Program-made: the position numbers and the translations under genes
Notes under the pieces: model-generated
What the model was told of the DNA's origin: nothing
Database searches by the model: none
The model's input: the letters and a program-made list of their open reading frames with translations, nothing else
Shown here: positions 1 through 15,343 of the stretch, piece by piece
Numbering within the stretch: position 1 is the stretch's first letter
How the letters are laid out: each line of letters starts with the position of its first letter
Source of the DNA: Diadema antillarum
Taxonomy: Eukaryota
NCBI RefSeq assembly: GCF_040938485.1
Contig: NW_027271134.1
Location: forward strand, 496,001-560,000
DNA length: 64,000 bases
Direction: 5' to 3'

Positions 1-3000
1 TACGCTCTACCATTAAGCTACGTGTAGCAACATGTTTTCGGTTGCTTTTCTTGACTTTACGGTAATTTCGAACATGACATGTCATTGTTTACATTGTTGT
101 TTTTGACAAAAGTGTTGAGTGGAAAGTAAGACGACCCCCCCCCCCAAAAAAAAAAAAATAAAACTTTCACGCTCATACCACCGACTGCTTTTTCCCTCAC
201 TTTAATCCAACCCCAACCCTGTCTCCCTGCCTTTGATGTACGATGACTAGATAGTGATCTGACGCGCCCCTTTGTTTTCATCCACACGCACCCTTCTCCA
301 CATTGTATCTTTGAATTCTCCCTCCTCCCTGGCTTCACTTTCCCCTCCCTACAAACACGTGCCTTCCCAACCATTTCTGGGGCCATCCAAAAGACACGCA
401 ACCTTGTGCAAACAGTAAAAAAAAAAAGAAAAAAAGAGAGCAACAACAAATGGAAGTGTGCAAGAGTGTAAAAATGCTGCATGTATCATGAGGACAGCAG
501 GGGGGGGGGGGGGAGGGGACTGGTCATTTTGTGGAAACAAGACCTATATCTATAACCTGGTGCAAAGGCATTTTGACCGTATATCCATGGCTATATGCAG
601 ATCTTGGAAGACCAAAACGAAAAAAGGGGAATAAAAGCTGTTACTATACAGCAGTCATACTGGAGTGTACCAACCTTGGTACTCTCAGGTATAATAATAT
701 AGGACAAGTGCCTAGCAATCATCACTTTCTTGACGTAACTTAATCGTAAGTAAATGTTGCGGAGCAATCAAACTAGTCATAACAGTCATCTGCTATAAGA
801 TTGCATGGATGCTTACAAACACAAAATCAATTGTGTCCGAGAATCTGACCCCCCCCCCAAAAAAAAAAAAAAAAAAAAAATTATCCGACAGCATTCTGTC
901 TGTATTCATAATAACATAGATTATTTGAGAGAATATTATTGTACCACGTGGGCCTTTCACTGTTAAAGCGGACCAAACCATACTAAACAAATCAAAAAGA
1001 AACGTAGTAATGACTTTAAATGACTGAAATCTTACTGAATGAATGATGAGAAAACAAGAGAATGCCAAAGCGATGTTGATATACCGAACTTAATTGAATG
1101 TAGGGAGATGTCCAAACACCGCTACGTATTGCTATATTTAGATATTTGCAGAAAAGCGAAATGTTGAAAATGTTGAAGAACGATTCCCGTTGGTTATAAC
1201 ATGTATATCGATTTTCCAGATATGAAGCTAAGTATGCTCGCAGTTGTGGTGTTAGCTGGCAACGAGCAGAAGTACAGTAGTTTTAGGTTTGGGTTTCGGT
1301 GAATGTCTGGTGGTATAACCGGTATACTCGGAAAAGAAAAATATCACAGGCTATGCTTAGGGTGTTTTGCTGGGATCATAATATTCACCCTCTTTGTCGG
1401 CTGCAAGATGCCACCGAAAAGCGTATTTACAATCGCTAATGTATTGACACAGCTCGCTAAGAACTAATTATCACTTTCGGGCACTTCGCATACAGTGAGA
1501 GAATGCAATTAAGGTTGATATTTATTTTCTAATCTGCACTGTTTGATCATCATGCATTATGTGTGAAAAACTTGCAACTGTCTCCGGCATACCATTACCT
1601 CATCGGCTCATTTTTTTTTTAAATCCTCGGGAGGGAGAGGCTGGGTGGGTGGTAAATATAAATGACCACCGACCTGTTTGGTCCTCGCAGACGGCTATCC
1701 AAGATAATGCAATAATTCATTTATTTTGTCCTACATACATCTCTGGTAGATATTAACATTTTCTACATACAATGTCTGTATGATGCGTTTGAAGGAGTGT
1801 ATATTGTCAATGTTGGCTCTATAGTCAGCGGACTGCCACGGGAGAATTCCTGCGCAGCTTTGATGACACCATTTTATTATCTTATTTCCGTGTTTTTAGT
1901 CTTTGACAAAAATGCAACCAGTCAGAATGAATGACACGATTCTCATTTGTCTCCATTTTACTCTAATGACCCACATCACCATGCCGCCTCTTGTCATTCG
2001 TCTGTTAGAATCTGAAGCAGGCTTGCTATAGGTTGCTATAGAAACGTGGAAACAAGATTTAACAATTAGGATGACCTTTCTACTTTTCCATATTGTTTTG
2101 TGTAGAATAATGTATGCAATCCCTCTAATGTCATTTTTTTTTTCGTCAAATGAACGGGGTAAAAGGTGAGACTAGAGCATTCGATCCATATTGGACTCTT
2201 GGCCGAGTATATTCTTGTGTTGTGTGAAAATTTCCGTCGAATCAGATGCAGAGGTCGCTTTGGCGCTTCGATGTCGAATTCACACAACGTCCCTAGTTCA
2301 GTTATACTGTCGTAGTATATACTTAGACAAGAGGGAACATCTGCTGCTCCTACCAGCCAGCTGTTGATGGGCTTGTGATCCAATAAAGCAATCGAGTCTG
2401 TTGCTATTTGATTAAAGCGCGAAATGGTGAGCTATCAGGGTACTCTGGGCCTTCACAACAGGCATGATATTTATTAGTGAGGTCAGGTACCAAATTTCCC
2501 TCCGAGAACAATACCATTCCAACCTTGATGTCGCACACCCTTTGGTGTTGGCACCGTAACTGAAAAAAAGAGAGAAAACATGGTATAGGTATTTCACCTG
2601 TTGATCACATTGACATGTGCACTAGAAATCAATGGTTTCACTACTGGACTAATGAGTAAAATATTTACTGGAAGAATTTGCACCCATTTATTTGAAAAAC
2701 ATATAAAGAAGAACATAACTAGACCACCTGAGGTCTGATTGTGGAATATGCTAATGACTCAAATTGTCATTTTCCATCCAAATTCTGTTCGATTTTCATA
2801 CTGACACTGGCAATCTTTGTTAAGGTGTTATAAAGATGACTCTCCTTTTCCTGCTTCTTGATATATGGTTGCTTCCTTTGCAGTCAAGTTAAAAGTAGCC
2901 AAACTCAACTACGTTCGATAAACATGAGCATCCTCCAGCGATGGGAGTCATAGTTCCAGCGCCAGCATAGTCTGGTAGACACCAAGCTGTGATCACGGGG

Positions 3001-6000
3001 GCAAAGTCATCTGCTCGAAGCCAGCTATAATGAGAATGATCACAGTATTCCGATGAAAGATGACGTGGTGGGTTTAAATCTCAACAAAAGAATATAGTAT
3101 TTGGATATTACGTAGTGTCGATCGAATAGAAATAAATTCTGTAATCATAGCACAACGTGCAGGGATCACTTGTTGGAAAAAGAAAGGAGTGTGCCACGAA
3201 TTGTCACAACAATTTCGCAACAGAGAAGACAATAATCCACCCGTCAATATGTCTCACCGTGATGAAGCAACCTCTATTTAAATCTAATCGGAAATTAGCA
3301 ATAGCTAACATTGCTTGATCCCCAGCTTTTCAGGTAATGAAGATGTCGAAATATACGATGTCATCCAGATTCCTACCAGTTTCAATCATCTCGGCATTAT
3401 AACTCAATCTGACAAATATGTTCCCTCCCTTTGATTTGAAAAAGTTATTGGTACAGAAAACCTTATGCAGTAACTTGCCACCAATCATTCCTGTGACAAG
3501 ATGATTAATGTGCGACAATTAAACTGGAGGAGGGAAGGGCTCTGGTTGAGGCTGCCATCCTATGTTTGATCGCTGGCACGGAGGAAGAGCCCGCTTTTTC
3601 ATTAACTGCCGGAAATTTAAGTGTCAGATCTGTGCGATAAATCGGTGGTATCAACATCAATTTTTTGGATTCATCCAATCCCTTTCCCTTATTATCCTGC
3701 CCTCATAATGTCAGTGAGGTGATATCCATCACAGCATTCGCCTGGCTAGGTGCACTTCACCTCTTGTTTGTGGTGATGGCGTTGTAGTTTTAACGTGGTG
3801 ATCATAATCGTCATCGTCGTTTGGTCGTCGTCGTCGTCATCAGGAATCCGTCAACAATCCTCCTAATCAAGAACAGCAGGAACACAGCTGTAATCTCAAG
3901 CGTCATCCCTATCATGTGATATACCATACAAATATTTCATATTAACATCTTCGTCACCATCATCATCAAGCTTGCTTCGATCTGCAATCGTATATTTGCC
4001 TGAAAAAAAAAATCTTGTATTTCAATTGTTTACTCATCTTCTTCCAGTTTTTACCAATCGCTCAAAATGAAGTCTACAGAATCACCACTTTCATTATTCT
4101 TTTCCCTATTGTTTGTTGTTAACAATCATTATATTTGGATAATGTTAAACAAATAATCAAATGATTTCACTCTCTGACGGTATCTAAAATCTTTAATTAA
4201 TAAGCAATACCTTCATAAAGTTTTGTTAAATATCATCTATGATTATCAGCGTTATTACCATCATTAGCAGCAGTTTAAATATCTCTATCAGAACTTAACC
4301 TTCTCGGAACATTGTGTCGATCGCACCTTTATTGTTCTGAAAACTATGAAGGCATCTACCGTTAAATACGAAGCCATGCATGAATGTGGTTTTGAAGCAA
4401 TTAATGAACAAACCGTGTCCTCGGACTCCCAAACCAAGATTTTCACACACGCAGTAGCCACACGTGCTCCCAAAGTATCATGTAAATAGTTCTAAACCAT
4501 ATCAAATAGATCAGATCTCCCGTAATATCCTAAACCTTCGTTTGATCCTTATCCCTTAAATGAGTACATCAAGTCCTTTTCAAATACGACACATAGGACG
4601 TTTCATATGAGAAACATCAATCTAAGTTAACGCACATTCTAATATCACAATCTCTATTTGTTAAAGAGTTACATTTTGTAATTGGACTGCATGACGATGG
4701 TACGCATAATTGATTGGACAAATATAGCAGAAAACCCCTCCAGCATGTCAGCAGCCTGGTAATGTCCCTGTGCTCTCACAGTACGGTCACTTCTCTTCGG
4801 CGTGTGAAGTCATAACGATCTCCAGAGAAAGTACATTAGAGCATATCACACCTTGGAAATGGTTGTTGCTAATCGATAGCCTCAAATTTGAGAGCAGCAT
4901 TGTCTGTTCATATGATTCATCACCCTGACAGCTGATTTCGATCTATTCTCTTTCATCACATTGACTTTTAATCACTGGCACGGAGAAGCCACTAGCGAAT
5001 GATTGTCGTCACTTTTTTCATACTTGCTAAAACGTTCTTAGTCTTCGCTCTCTGTCAGAGGCACTAATTTCTCTGGCAGGCAATAACAAGACTGGATGTT
5101 GTTCTGTCATTAAGCTGTCACCCCCGATCGCAATTATTGCCAGGTTGTAGGATGATAATGATCGTCGTCGAACAAATAATGTCGTTAATACTCCCTAAGA
5201 CATCTTAATCGCCCTAAGTGACTTGACATTTGGTGTGGGTTAAGTCAAGTTCAAATAGAAGAAACATGTGGCAATGGGACATGCCATCTTTCCAACAGAG
5301 GTGTTTAACAGGCTAATCTTTTTCTGACATCATTACCACTTTATGAGAAATACGCTAACTCGATTCGTACGAATCGTGCCTGAGATCCCTTGACAAATTT
5401 GGAAGACAGGCCACTAATTAAAAAAAAGAAATGCCCCTACATCTGGGATGCCCATCTCCTTATTATTCAATCTAAGTGCTAGTATCACATCATGACAAGA
5501 CAGCAGCCTATAATGGACACGTTTATAGGGGAAATCAAAATCTTTATCTCAGAGTAGTACAGTCTCAACTACTAAATGATGCTTAATCCCGATCACCGAA
5601 TTACCCTATAAGCTGGGTTCTTTCAGCTTACGTATGATACAGAATCTATTGTTTTAATTGATGTACCATGTCGTTTATTTCACTTTTGGAGTCTAAAACC
5701 ACTCTCTCTTTCGTTGATGATTTTTGATCCGAGGATATTGACCCAGGATTGAGAAGGCATATGCTTGAATTGCAGTCGTTGGAAACAGAGAAAAGCCCTA
5801 ATCAAAATTCACATCTTCATAAGTGAAACAATTACTTTCCTTCAAGATCAATTTCATTTAATGTTGTTCGTGCTCGTCAAGGGAGATGCATTTGAAACCT
5901 CTATTTAATATACACAAAATATACAATGTTGCGTGAAGGATGGAGAAGCAGTTGAAAAAGAGTACTTTACTTGTCATATCTCAACGAGCATAATTGTGAC

Positions 6001-7172
6001 AGGATAAGTGCTGGGGATATGAACTTCAATTCGTTCTCCATGCTCTCTCGGCTGACACCACTCTGATAAATCAATGCAGCTTGCATTTGTGGCTAGGGTC
6101 GTGATACCTCCATGTATTTTTATTCCAAATGTCCATTATATCCGCAAATGTCGACATACATTTCCATTAAAATTTTCTCCGGGATAGCCGCGCACACTCG
6201 GCATCTACGAGGAACAAGAAGGATGAAGGTCTGAAGTAGATTTCGGAGAATGGACGGAGAGTTCCAAACGAAGGTGACAGACGGATCAGAAATCCTTCGT
6301 ATCAGATCATCACAAAACTTTGCGCGCCATGATTTGGGTTAATGCAATTGAAACTTGTCCGAAGCTTGGCTACCGAGTGATTAGCTCTAAGGATGTCTGG
6401 AGACAAATTTCCTAGGAAGTTGAAAGTAATGAGACGGATTGAACAGCTTCTTCCTCGTCAATATTATCAGCTCCTCCTGCTCCTTCTCTTCCTCTTTTTC
6501 TCTTGCAGACGTTGTGGTTCACTATTGTCTTTCATAACATTGTGATGCCACGTCAAATGTATTTTCTGACGGCCAATGTCTAGTCTTTGAATTGTTTAGC
6601 GACATTATTTACAAATGACACTCGACAATATCGGAATAACTTACAAATAACTTATGCTTTGATTTGTATGATAGTATTGTATCGTAGTTTGTGTAATTTG
6701 GACGTAATTATCTTCACGAAATCACCCTGTGTGGAAAATTGATAAGCATTGTCACGCAGTGTCAATTTGCGTCCCTTTCTCTCATAGGATTTGTCTTCTG
6801 TATTCATGGCTGTTTACAGTTAGTATCACTCCTAGTGACTATAACTTCTCCCTGGCCTCGGTCCGTTCTCTTCTGCTTTTATCATACACACCCTCGTTAC
6901 CACAAATGCAATTTGAGAACAAACATCCCCTTTGATAGAAAAAGACAATTACCTACAAACTCGACGTGGACTTGTGCCCCGGGCCCACCTTGAGCCTGTA
7001 ATTCCTCGATATTCTCCGAGACCAATGTGTCAGCCTTTCTAATGTTTTGACACTGTATGTCTGCAGCGAAACAGAATACACTCATCTCTCAAATCCAGCA
7101 AATCAATGTGGGTCTGCAAGAAACAACACAAGTGAACATCCTAATACCGGCAGGGAAAGAGAGAAAAGTTAT

Positions 7173-7220
7173 GAGGAGGAGGAGGAGGAGGAGGAGGAGG
7201 AGGAGGCGGAGGAGGAGGAG
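7173..7220. repeat. (GAG)n microsatellite
   Basis: About 16 GAG units with one GCG interruption; it produces the spurious poly-E/poly-R ORFs. Confidence 0.95.
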
Positions 7221-10200
7221 ACCAACACGCAACTTCAAAGCAACTTAATTAGCTGCGCCGTTTTCCAGTCAGCAAAGAACAGTGTCGATACATATACTGC
7301 GTTTCTTGCCTGTAGCTTTTCGTCAGAAGTTTTTATTTTTTTTTGGGAGGGGGGGGGGGGAGGGCATTGTTTACAGTCCCCTGGCTGTATTTTTAGATGG
7401 CTGCAAAAAGGGAGCAGAAATAACCTCTTCTTCAACCATATACCACTCCCCATTTTCCCCCATCAAACTGAGTAATACCATTGACTGGTGGTCTTCATTT
7501 CAGTCGAGCGGTTGGATTAATGGGATCGAGCAAGAGCAAATAGTGTTTTATACCAGATCCGTTTCCTGTGACAATTTTCAGACTTGTGAAGACTAACTGA
7601 TAGTCGGCTAAATTCCTTAGGAGCAGGGCAGGAATGATTTAATCTTCATTAAACTTCTTTTTAGTATGCAAGCTGTAGTAAATTAACAAACATGACTGTC
7701 ATTAAGCTGAGGGGCTGTAGTTGCCTGATTACTGTTCAAAACTAAATTATGTTATTTTATGTGCAAACCAAATGTAGGGAAATGCCAGTTGCATAATATA
7801 TGTGATCAAGACTGGTATCGTTATTTTTTTCGTGAAAGTGTCTTCAGACTGTGAAGTCCATGTAGTAACTCTCTGATGATAGTAAGATATCCATTAAAAT
7901 GAAAATGATACGATTTGTTTGCTTGATTTTGCTGTAATTAAGGTCATTTTGAATGATTGTGGAGTGGCGTTTTACTCAAGGTTTTGCTCCACTGTAAACG
8001 TTTCCTCGAAAACTACAGTCTGTAAAAGATTTATCCCTGAAAGATGTGTCGTGTTACTTATTACGCTTGTCCTCCCATTCAATCTTCAGCTGAAATGAAA
8101 AGCTGAATAAAGGAACGAATCAGCTGATCAATTAATCAAAGTACAGATTAAGTGATAGAACTAATCATAAGGTATTTTGTTTTCTCAGAGGCTAGCTGGT
8201 TCAAGCTTTACCGAGCTGTGTGAGCACCACTCATGGAGTGTGCTCGAACGCCCGGTACGCTGGCTCCACTCTCTATCGTCTATTATAGAGCATCGCACAA
8301 GTTGGGCGAAGGACGTCTCAGACCCCCATACATTATGCATCGACAGGCTCTGTTCAAGCTTCCAATTTCATGTAACCATAGTCCTCATGGTTGAAAGGTC
8401 TTGCAGCCGTTGGACGTACAGTTACGCACAACGATATCCTTTACCTCTCCTCTGCAGTACCTCCATTCAGTCTTTACTATCCTCCAACAATTTTCAAGGA
8501 TTCCATGCATACATCTGTATCACCCCATCTGTCATTGAGCGCTGTTACTTCTCTTTTCAATTCATATCAGTCCCTGTCGCAGGTCATTATCTATTTCTAA
8601 ACCATATTCTGTATTTTCGCTGTTTTCTCTTATTCAATCCCATTCTAATTTCTTTCTTTCTTTCTTGCTCTCCCTCTCTGTCTTATAACCTTGACATATT
8701 TCAGGTCTTCATATAGCTCCTTGTTCTCTCTTCCTTGTTTGTATATTATTCTTCTGTTCTTTGAAGTGTCGAGTGTTTGTTTCTTTGTTAGTTTGTTTGT
8801 TGTTGGTTCACCCTTTCTGTTGCAATCTCAAAGCGTTCAGAATGATACAGTGGGGGGGGGGGGTCAAGTTAAATTCATGCGCAATTTGTACATTCACCAT
8901 GCATTTAACCCGAACGATCCACGTTCTTGTCTACCGCCGCTTTGTCTGTGTCACTAATTCCCAGGCTGTCTGTCTTTCTGTTTAACTGTCCGTTATGATT
9001 CGCTTCAAATTCAATTCAAGGCGAGTCTTTCTGTTGCTCTGCTATTACTCTATCAATTCTTCACCCCCCCCCCCATCTCCATCTCTCTCTCCTGTCAGTG
9101 GAGTAGTATTGGGAAGATGATTTGATTTTCGCGCCTGGATTGTGTAAATAACAAGGAGTATATTATCAAATCGTCATGTGTTATTCCAAAATTAGTTTTG
9201 TTTGTCTTGTCAGCATATCGGGCCAACACTTTGTGCATGTAAAGAGCGCATTATAGACAGACTATGTCTGATTTACATGATATACAATATATAGATGTGC
9301 AATCATTATGGCATTATGTCATTCATGAGAGCTATAATGTATTTACAAGGTGTTTTAATGACCCATAAGGTAATGTATCTGTAAAAGTTGCATAATTACT
9401 TTAAATATGAAAACTATAACTAACATCACAAAACAATGTCACGTTATATTTTTGGTGAAAATTAATGAAATGACAGTGATGTGAGAGTGGACAGACGAAG
9501 TTATATCATAAAAAATTGCAATGTACGTCGTCCTTGGCTCGAATACAAGAACACAACCCTCCACGACAGTTAATTCTTAGTGTCTGCTGCGTTTGTTGCG
9601 TGCATGTAACTCGTTCATAGCGATTTTCCGTGCTTGTGATGAAGACAGCGCCTCGTGTAAACCACTTGTGACATTCATAAAACATGACGTGTCCGCTCGA
9701 ATGATGCAGCACTGGTCTACGGTAGATTATGAAAGACTGGGCTCGGAATTACGTTTTATTACACCTTTTTGTCTCTCTCCCTCTCGCTCCCTCTCTCTCT
9801 CCCCCTCCCTCTCTCTATAATTCTGTCCCTGTCTCTCTCTTTCACGTACAGCACACACTCTAATGTCTCTGTTCATGCTCTCTCTCTCTCTTCTCTTTTC
9901 CTTTTTTTATCCTTTCTACAAAATTGAACACGGAGCTTCCAGCAGGCGATATTCGCACAATGTAAATAATTAACTGCTACTCAACAATAAAAGAACGAAG
10001 CTTTCCAATCTGAACCACAATTCCATCGTATGCACAACGTTGTGTCCTATTTCCAAATTTCTGTATCATGTTAGATTTTTCCATATGACGATCTAATTAG
10101 GACCATTGCATTAGTTGTTGTCTAAAACTTTTTTTTATATTTGTAACAATATGTTTCCTTTTTAACCGCTATTGTCCAAACTATAAAAATAATGGAAAGC

Positions 10201-11033
10201 GAGTAAGAGAACAGGTACTTAAATTTGCATAACTAAAATCTTTCTACCCCTGTGTAATATCACTGGAAATAACACGAACATATATTCATTATTCAAGAAT
10301 CTTTTGTATACTGTTTGTAGCACTCTTGCTTCTATTCTTTTAATTGACATCGTACCTTGCTAATGGAATGATCGTTTTTCAATTCCACAGGGGAAAAAAA
10401 ATCATGAATACTAATGAAGCAGAGAGAGTGACGGATATAGATTTTGTGATTGTTGTGAAACAAAAAACGAAAATATAAAACATGTACGTTTTGACCGAGT
10501 TTTAAACAAGTTATTCATTAACCTCCAAATGAATGTTGCAACAAGATAAATTTCCTCAGCTTGGAGATATTGATCTTTATGTATGGCTTGGCAGAAGCGT
10601 TTTAATTGTTATATACAACTGTAGATCAAAATAACGTCAAGTGAGCTACAACTTCATGTGGGTGTAATTCAGTATACAAAATATTCTTCCCGATTCCAAA
10701 TTCAGGTTTTTTATTTTTTTTTTCTTTCGTTTGAACCCATAACTCAATTAGAATATTTTATCTTCAAGCTTATCCGTGTGGATATCACCACTGAATGATA
10801 ATTGCATTTATATGTTTGTAGCGAAAATCTCGTAAAAACATATAAGGCCTACACACGTAGAAATATATGCGTCTGTATGTGTGCGTGTGTTGATTTGTAA
10901 GATAAAGAAGGAAGGTAAAAACAGTGAGTTACTGCAGCAAACCAAACATTACATTTGACAAGACATCGCGAAAATATAAATAACATTGCGTATTTTATGG
11001 TAAGATGGAGGATACAAACGGCTATGTATGGGA

Positions 11034-11296
11034 NNNNNNNNNNNNNNNNNNNNNNNNNNNNNNNNNNNNNNNNNNNNNNNNNNNNNNNNNNNNNNNNNNN
11101 NNNNNNNNNNNNNNNNNNNNNNNNNNNNNNNNNNNNNNNNNNNNNNNNNNNNNNNNNNNNNNNNNNNNNNNNNNNNNNNNNNNNNNNNNNNNNNNNNNNN
11201 NNNNNNNNNNNNNNNNNNNNNNNNNNNNNNNNNNNNNNNNNNNNNNNNNNNNNNNNNNNNNNNNNNNNNNNNNNNNNNNNNNNNNNNNNNNNNNNN
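11034..11296. other. Assembly gap (263 N)
   Basis: Run of N flanked on the right by a GA-rich tract; true size unknown. Confidence 1.
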
Positions 11297-14200
11297 GAGA
11301 GAGAATGGGAGAGAGGAAGGATGGAAGAGGCATGATTGGGAGGACTGGCCAATGAGAATCAGCCAATAATGGCGATCTCGGTTCAGTTTGATTAAGAAGA
11401 CGCGTGTCATCCACGGGAATTATTCCACTTGTTGATGCAGAGTCCCTCTGTAAGATGCACGCAGAGCAAAAATCACACACAACCAGGATATGGTGATGGT
11501 ATGAGAGAGAGAGAGACATGGATAGATCTATTCATTCACTAAGACCGTGTACTTGCTCGTAAATGGTATACATTATGGTGTATTAAAAATTCAAGTGTTT
11601 CTGTGCTCCTTATACCCTTTCTATTTCTGTTAAATGTGCATCATAAGCCTTCACAGCCATCTCATCTTTTCTCAAATTGCATCACGAGGAACCTGTATTT
11701 TGCATGCTTTTGCCTCCTCGCAGATACACTTGTCATTTTGGCTTTGTTTGTTTGTCTCTGTCTGTTTGTCTATTTCTCCATCTCTTCCTTTTTCTTCCTC
11801 CTCATCGTCACCTTCAGTGTCATAATCTACGTCTATAAATTTTTCCCCGCTGCAGACTTTTTTTTTTTTTAAAAACCGGACCCATTTCTCTTCACTCATT
11901 CTCTCACTCTCTTTCTCATTCTCCTTCTTCTAGGAACGTCTAACATTCAGATCGTACGACTATCGTCTATATTCCAGCAAACTTGTGTGTGTATATAGTT
12001 TATGCCTTTCATTGACCATTCATTGGCACCGCTATTTTACTTACGTATGTTTTTTTGTTTGTCAAGCACTGGTCTATATAGCCGTCCTTTGATGTGGAAC
12101 TTGTCCCCTTTCACCAGGAAATGCTGTTCCAGGAGTTTTAATAGGAGAGGACTGTCGAAATAGGATTCATTTATTTCTTGCATCTTCGGTTAAGATATGA
12201 AGAAAAGTGTTATGAATGGTTGTGAGGAATTCTGATCGCAGGATTGAACGAGAGACGTCATCTAATCGGGCATTTATTATGCATGACAGTCAGAACGGTC
12301 AGTTACTGGTAACAGCTGGCCATGGTCAGAGATGTGTCTGCATGCATCACAGGCATCTTGCTTACTTTTAGCAGAGTTCGGACTTTTCAATATACAGGTT
12401 GTACAGTAAAACCATTAGGCATACAAAATTATAATGTGTAATTAGATGTGAAACTCCATGTTACCATATCCCAAAACAGAAGTGGACCCCCCCAAAAATC
12501 TCCAGCTTTTGTTGAAGTTACCCAGCTCTGGCAACATTCTACCTGTTCAAAATGCAAGAAGGAAAGTCGAGTATATATGTGTAACACCGCCCTGAAGGAA
12601 CTTTGCGCTCGTGATACCTGATATAACAGTTAGACGTGTGTAATTGAATAATTTACACAAAGTCAACTTGTTGACCAAATATTCAATTTTCTAAACGAAT
12701 CTAAAATCTTATCAAAGAAAGCTTGGAAACAAACACAAGCCCTGCCACCTAAAAACTGTATAAGATTCAAACTAAGGTTCATGAGTATGTCATCCTTTTA
12801 ATAGGAATCTACTTATACAGATATCTACCGCTGCTACCGTTCTAACATTCCACCATATTCATCATTATACATCAATGTTCTTTGTGCTATAGTTTTAGTA
12901 TGAAGTAGTGCTACTGTTCCTTGCCATTACCAGTATACACTCATCATTACGGTGATACTGCTACAACCATAATTACTGCTGCTACTTCTATCACTTCAAA
13001 AACGACGACGTCTACCAATGACAACAGATATCATAAGTTTCCTATATTTACCTTAGAACACGCGACAAATCGTTATTACCGAACAAATGCACTTGGCAGA
13101 ACGGGAAAAAACGAGACGAAATACGTGAATATTACGCTGTACCATGGTGAGAGTCTCTGTTGTCCAATTTTATCTGTCAAATCTGACGAGCGGGATTTAG
13201 CACTTTGCTTTCAACGTATAATGGCTGAAGGTTTGCTGAAAACGGGAGAGGAGCGGTAGTCAACAAAGGAAATAGCCAAATGATGAGACAGAAAGCTTAT
13301 GTCATATTTCTTCCACCCCAATGAACGCTAAAGCGGCGCCGGGAAGCGTGTAGGGCGGTGATGCCTCTTATGATTGCAAACATGCTTTCAAAATGCGCAC
13401 ACGTGCAGTAGACCAGTGTTGGTTTTCATAAGAAAACGTCTATAAGAGTGTAAAGAAACTGGTGTGGGAGAGGTCTGAAGAGCCTCAGATCTTACCCCTG
13501 ACGTATAGGTTTTTTTTTTTTTAGCTGTCTCCCACTCTCTCACTCGATCCCTCTCCTGTCTCACATTCTATATGTACGCATGTATGTGTGCGTGTGTAAG
13601 TGTGTATATGTGTGTGCGTGTGTGTATGCATGTGTGTACATGTATGTGTGTGTATGTATGTATATATGTATGTATACTATGCATGTATATTTGTACGTTT
13701 TATTACGGTCTGTAGCAGAGGGGAAAATGAGAATAAAATCAGTGAGATCTTACAACTGCTTGTACAGTAATTTTATTGATCGTATAAAGCTTTCTCGTTT
13801 AATACACGAGTGCACTTGCTGTATTTAACAAGATATCACATTGAATTGTATTGAAATGTTTGGGCAAATGCATAACTACTATATTCTGTAAACAGTTGGA
13901 TGAGTGTAATAATAACTCCCATGATAATAACTCCCATCTTTGGGAGTTATTATACGCCATCCATTAAATGAAGTCCTTTCATGCTGCTTGAGAGTGCTAG
14001 GTCACTATTCCTCGATTATTGCTCTTCCTTTTTAGCTGCAATATGAATAACATTGTGCCTCTTCATTCTATTACATGTGGAGTGTGAGTCCTTCTTTCAT
14101 TGCAGGCTTCAGATTTTCCACCATTAACACATTCAATTCAAGTAATGTGATAATGTTTGTCTCAGACCATAGAACGATTAGAATGATTAGAATTAACCTT

Positions 14201-14334
14201 CCAGACCCATGACTATCGTGTAGGCAACTCATCAGTTTGCTCATTGTCATCTTGCAGACAGTTTCTCGTTGTTCAAAAAAAGATATTATTATTGGGATCA
14301 GTGAGCCCCCCCCCCCCCCATGTATATAATCATG

Positions 14335-14548
14335 ACCGATAAGTCCATATTTGCCAAATGGAGATATTTGCGATTAAAGGTCAAGAAAAATAAAGAGAAT
14401 AATAAGAAAATTTTTGCTTCTTTTGACCATAACTTCAAAAACGTACCTTTATAATTATGTAGTGACGAATATATCATTTAAAACGTATTATTTTGTACTT
14501 TATGACAGAGACCGTACTTCAAAAATCTTCAAAAATGGACTTATCGGT
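14335..14548. mobile_element. Small non-autonomous inverted-repeat element (MITE-like)
   Basis: ACCGATAAGTCCAT (14335-14348) is the exact reverse complement of ATGGACTTATCGGT (14535-14548); AT-rich interior; true ends uncertain. Confidence 0.55.
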
Positions 14549-14565
14549 TTTTTGCAAAAAAACTC

Positions 14566-14613
<48 letters not shown>

Positions 14614-14616
<3 letters not shown>

Positions 14617-15331
14617 TCAACAAAAAAGTAAGTTTCAATATGAAAATGTTGGTCGAAGCCATGTGATTTTTAATTCCAATTTGGGTTGATCACATCAATG
14701 TGCCTATGACCATTTTGCATCATGCGCTCAAGTTGTAGATCAGTTTGTTGAGGGAAATGGCATCGAACGTATGGAGTGGTCTGCAAGATCCCCTGACTGT
14801 AATCCAGTAGAGAATCTTTGGGATATCATTAAGCGGAAAGCAAGCAAGAAGGTGAAAGATGACACTTCACTGCAAGAATTTCAGCACATCTTGCAGAGAG
14901 CATGGGCCAACATTGAGCAGCGCCAAGTACAAACTTTAGTTAACAGTATGAGGAAGAGATGCCGGCTGGTCATTGAAGCAGATGGTGGACATATCAATTA
15001 TCAAATACTTCACTGTATGCTCGTGAAAAGAGAGAGATAGAGAAATATGCAATAAATCATGCTTAAATGTTCAGAATCATGAGTGATTGTTTGATTATTT
15101 GTGTAAAAGTCTTGCAAATCACTAAAGTGCAACTTTTTTTCCCCATGCATTTTGACATGAAATGCATTTTTTCACACCAATAATGATATCTGGTGGCAAT
15201 GATAATATGCCACTCATGTTATGGATGATAAAATTCCCTATCCATTTCCGTTTGAATTATGAAAATCGATAAAATACTTTTTGAGATGTATCCAAAAATG
15301 CTAGGGAGAAACTTACTTTTTTGGTTGAGTG
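14614..15331 (+). mobile_element. Internally deleted Tc1/mariner element with transposase C-terminal remnant
   Basis: TIRs (T/C)ACTCAAC(C)AAAAAAGTAAGTTTC at 14614 and ending 15331, both abutting (TA)n runs. ORF 14771-15040 MEWSARSPDCNPVENLWDIIKR...AWANI...LVNSMRKRCRLVIEADGGHINY matches the Tc1 WPxxSPDLNPIENLW...GGxTxY signature. Confidence 0.9.
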
Positions 15332-15343
15332 TATATATATATA

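Noticed and set aside
2066-2600. Minus-strand ORFs behind a strong-looking acceptor near 2561
   Set aside because: All frames stop within about 55 codons and none resembles a known protein.
4288-4500. Open frames on both strands with acceptor- and donor-like sites
   Set aside because: No recognisable domain and it does not chain to the LMX1 exons.
7047-7475. 142-aa ORF with poly-Glu
   Set aside because: Produced by a (GAG)n microsatellite and a poly-G run; no domain and no splice chain.
10849-11519. Long ORFs in six frames around 11 kb
   Set aside because: Artefacts of the N gap.
12118-12200. Peptide GNAVPGVLIGEDC after a plausible acceptor, resembling LMX1B GVLLGSDC
   Set aside because: No CxxC or WH..C follows and a stop comes after about 27 codons; treated as chance similarity.
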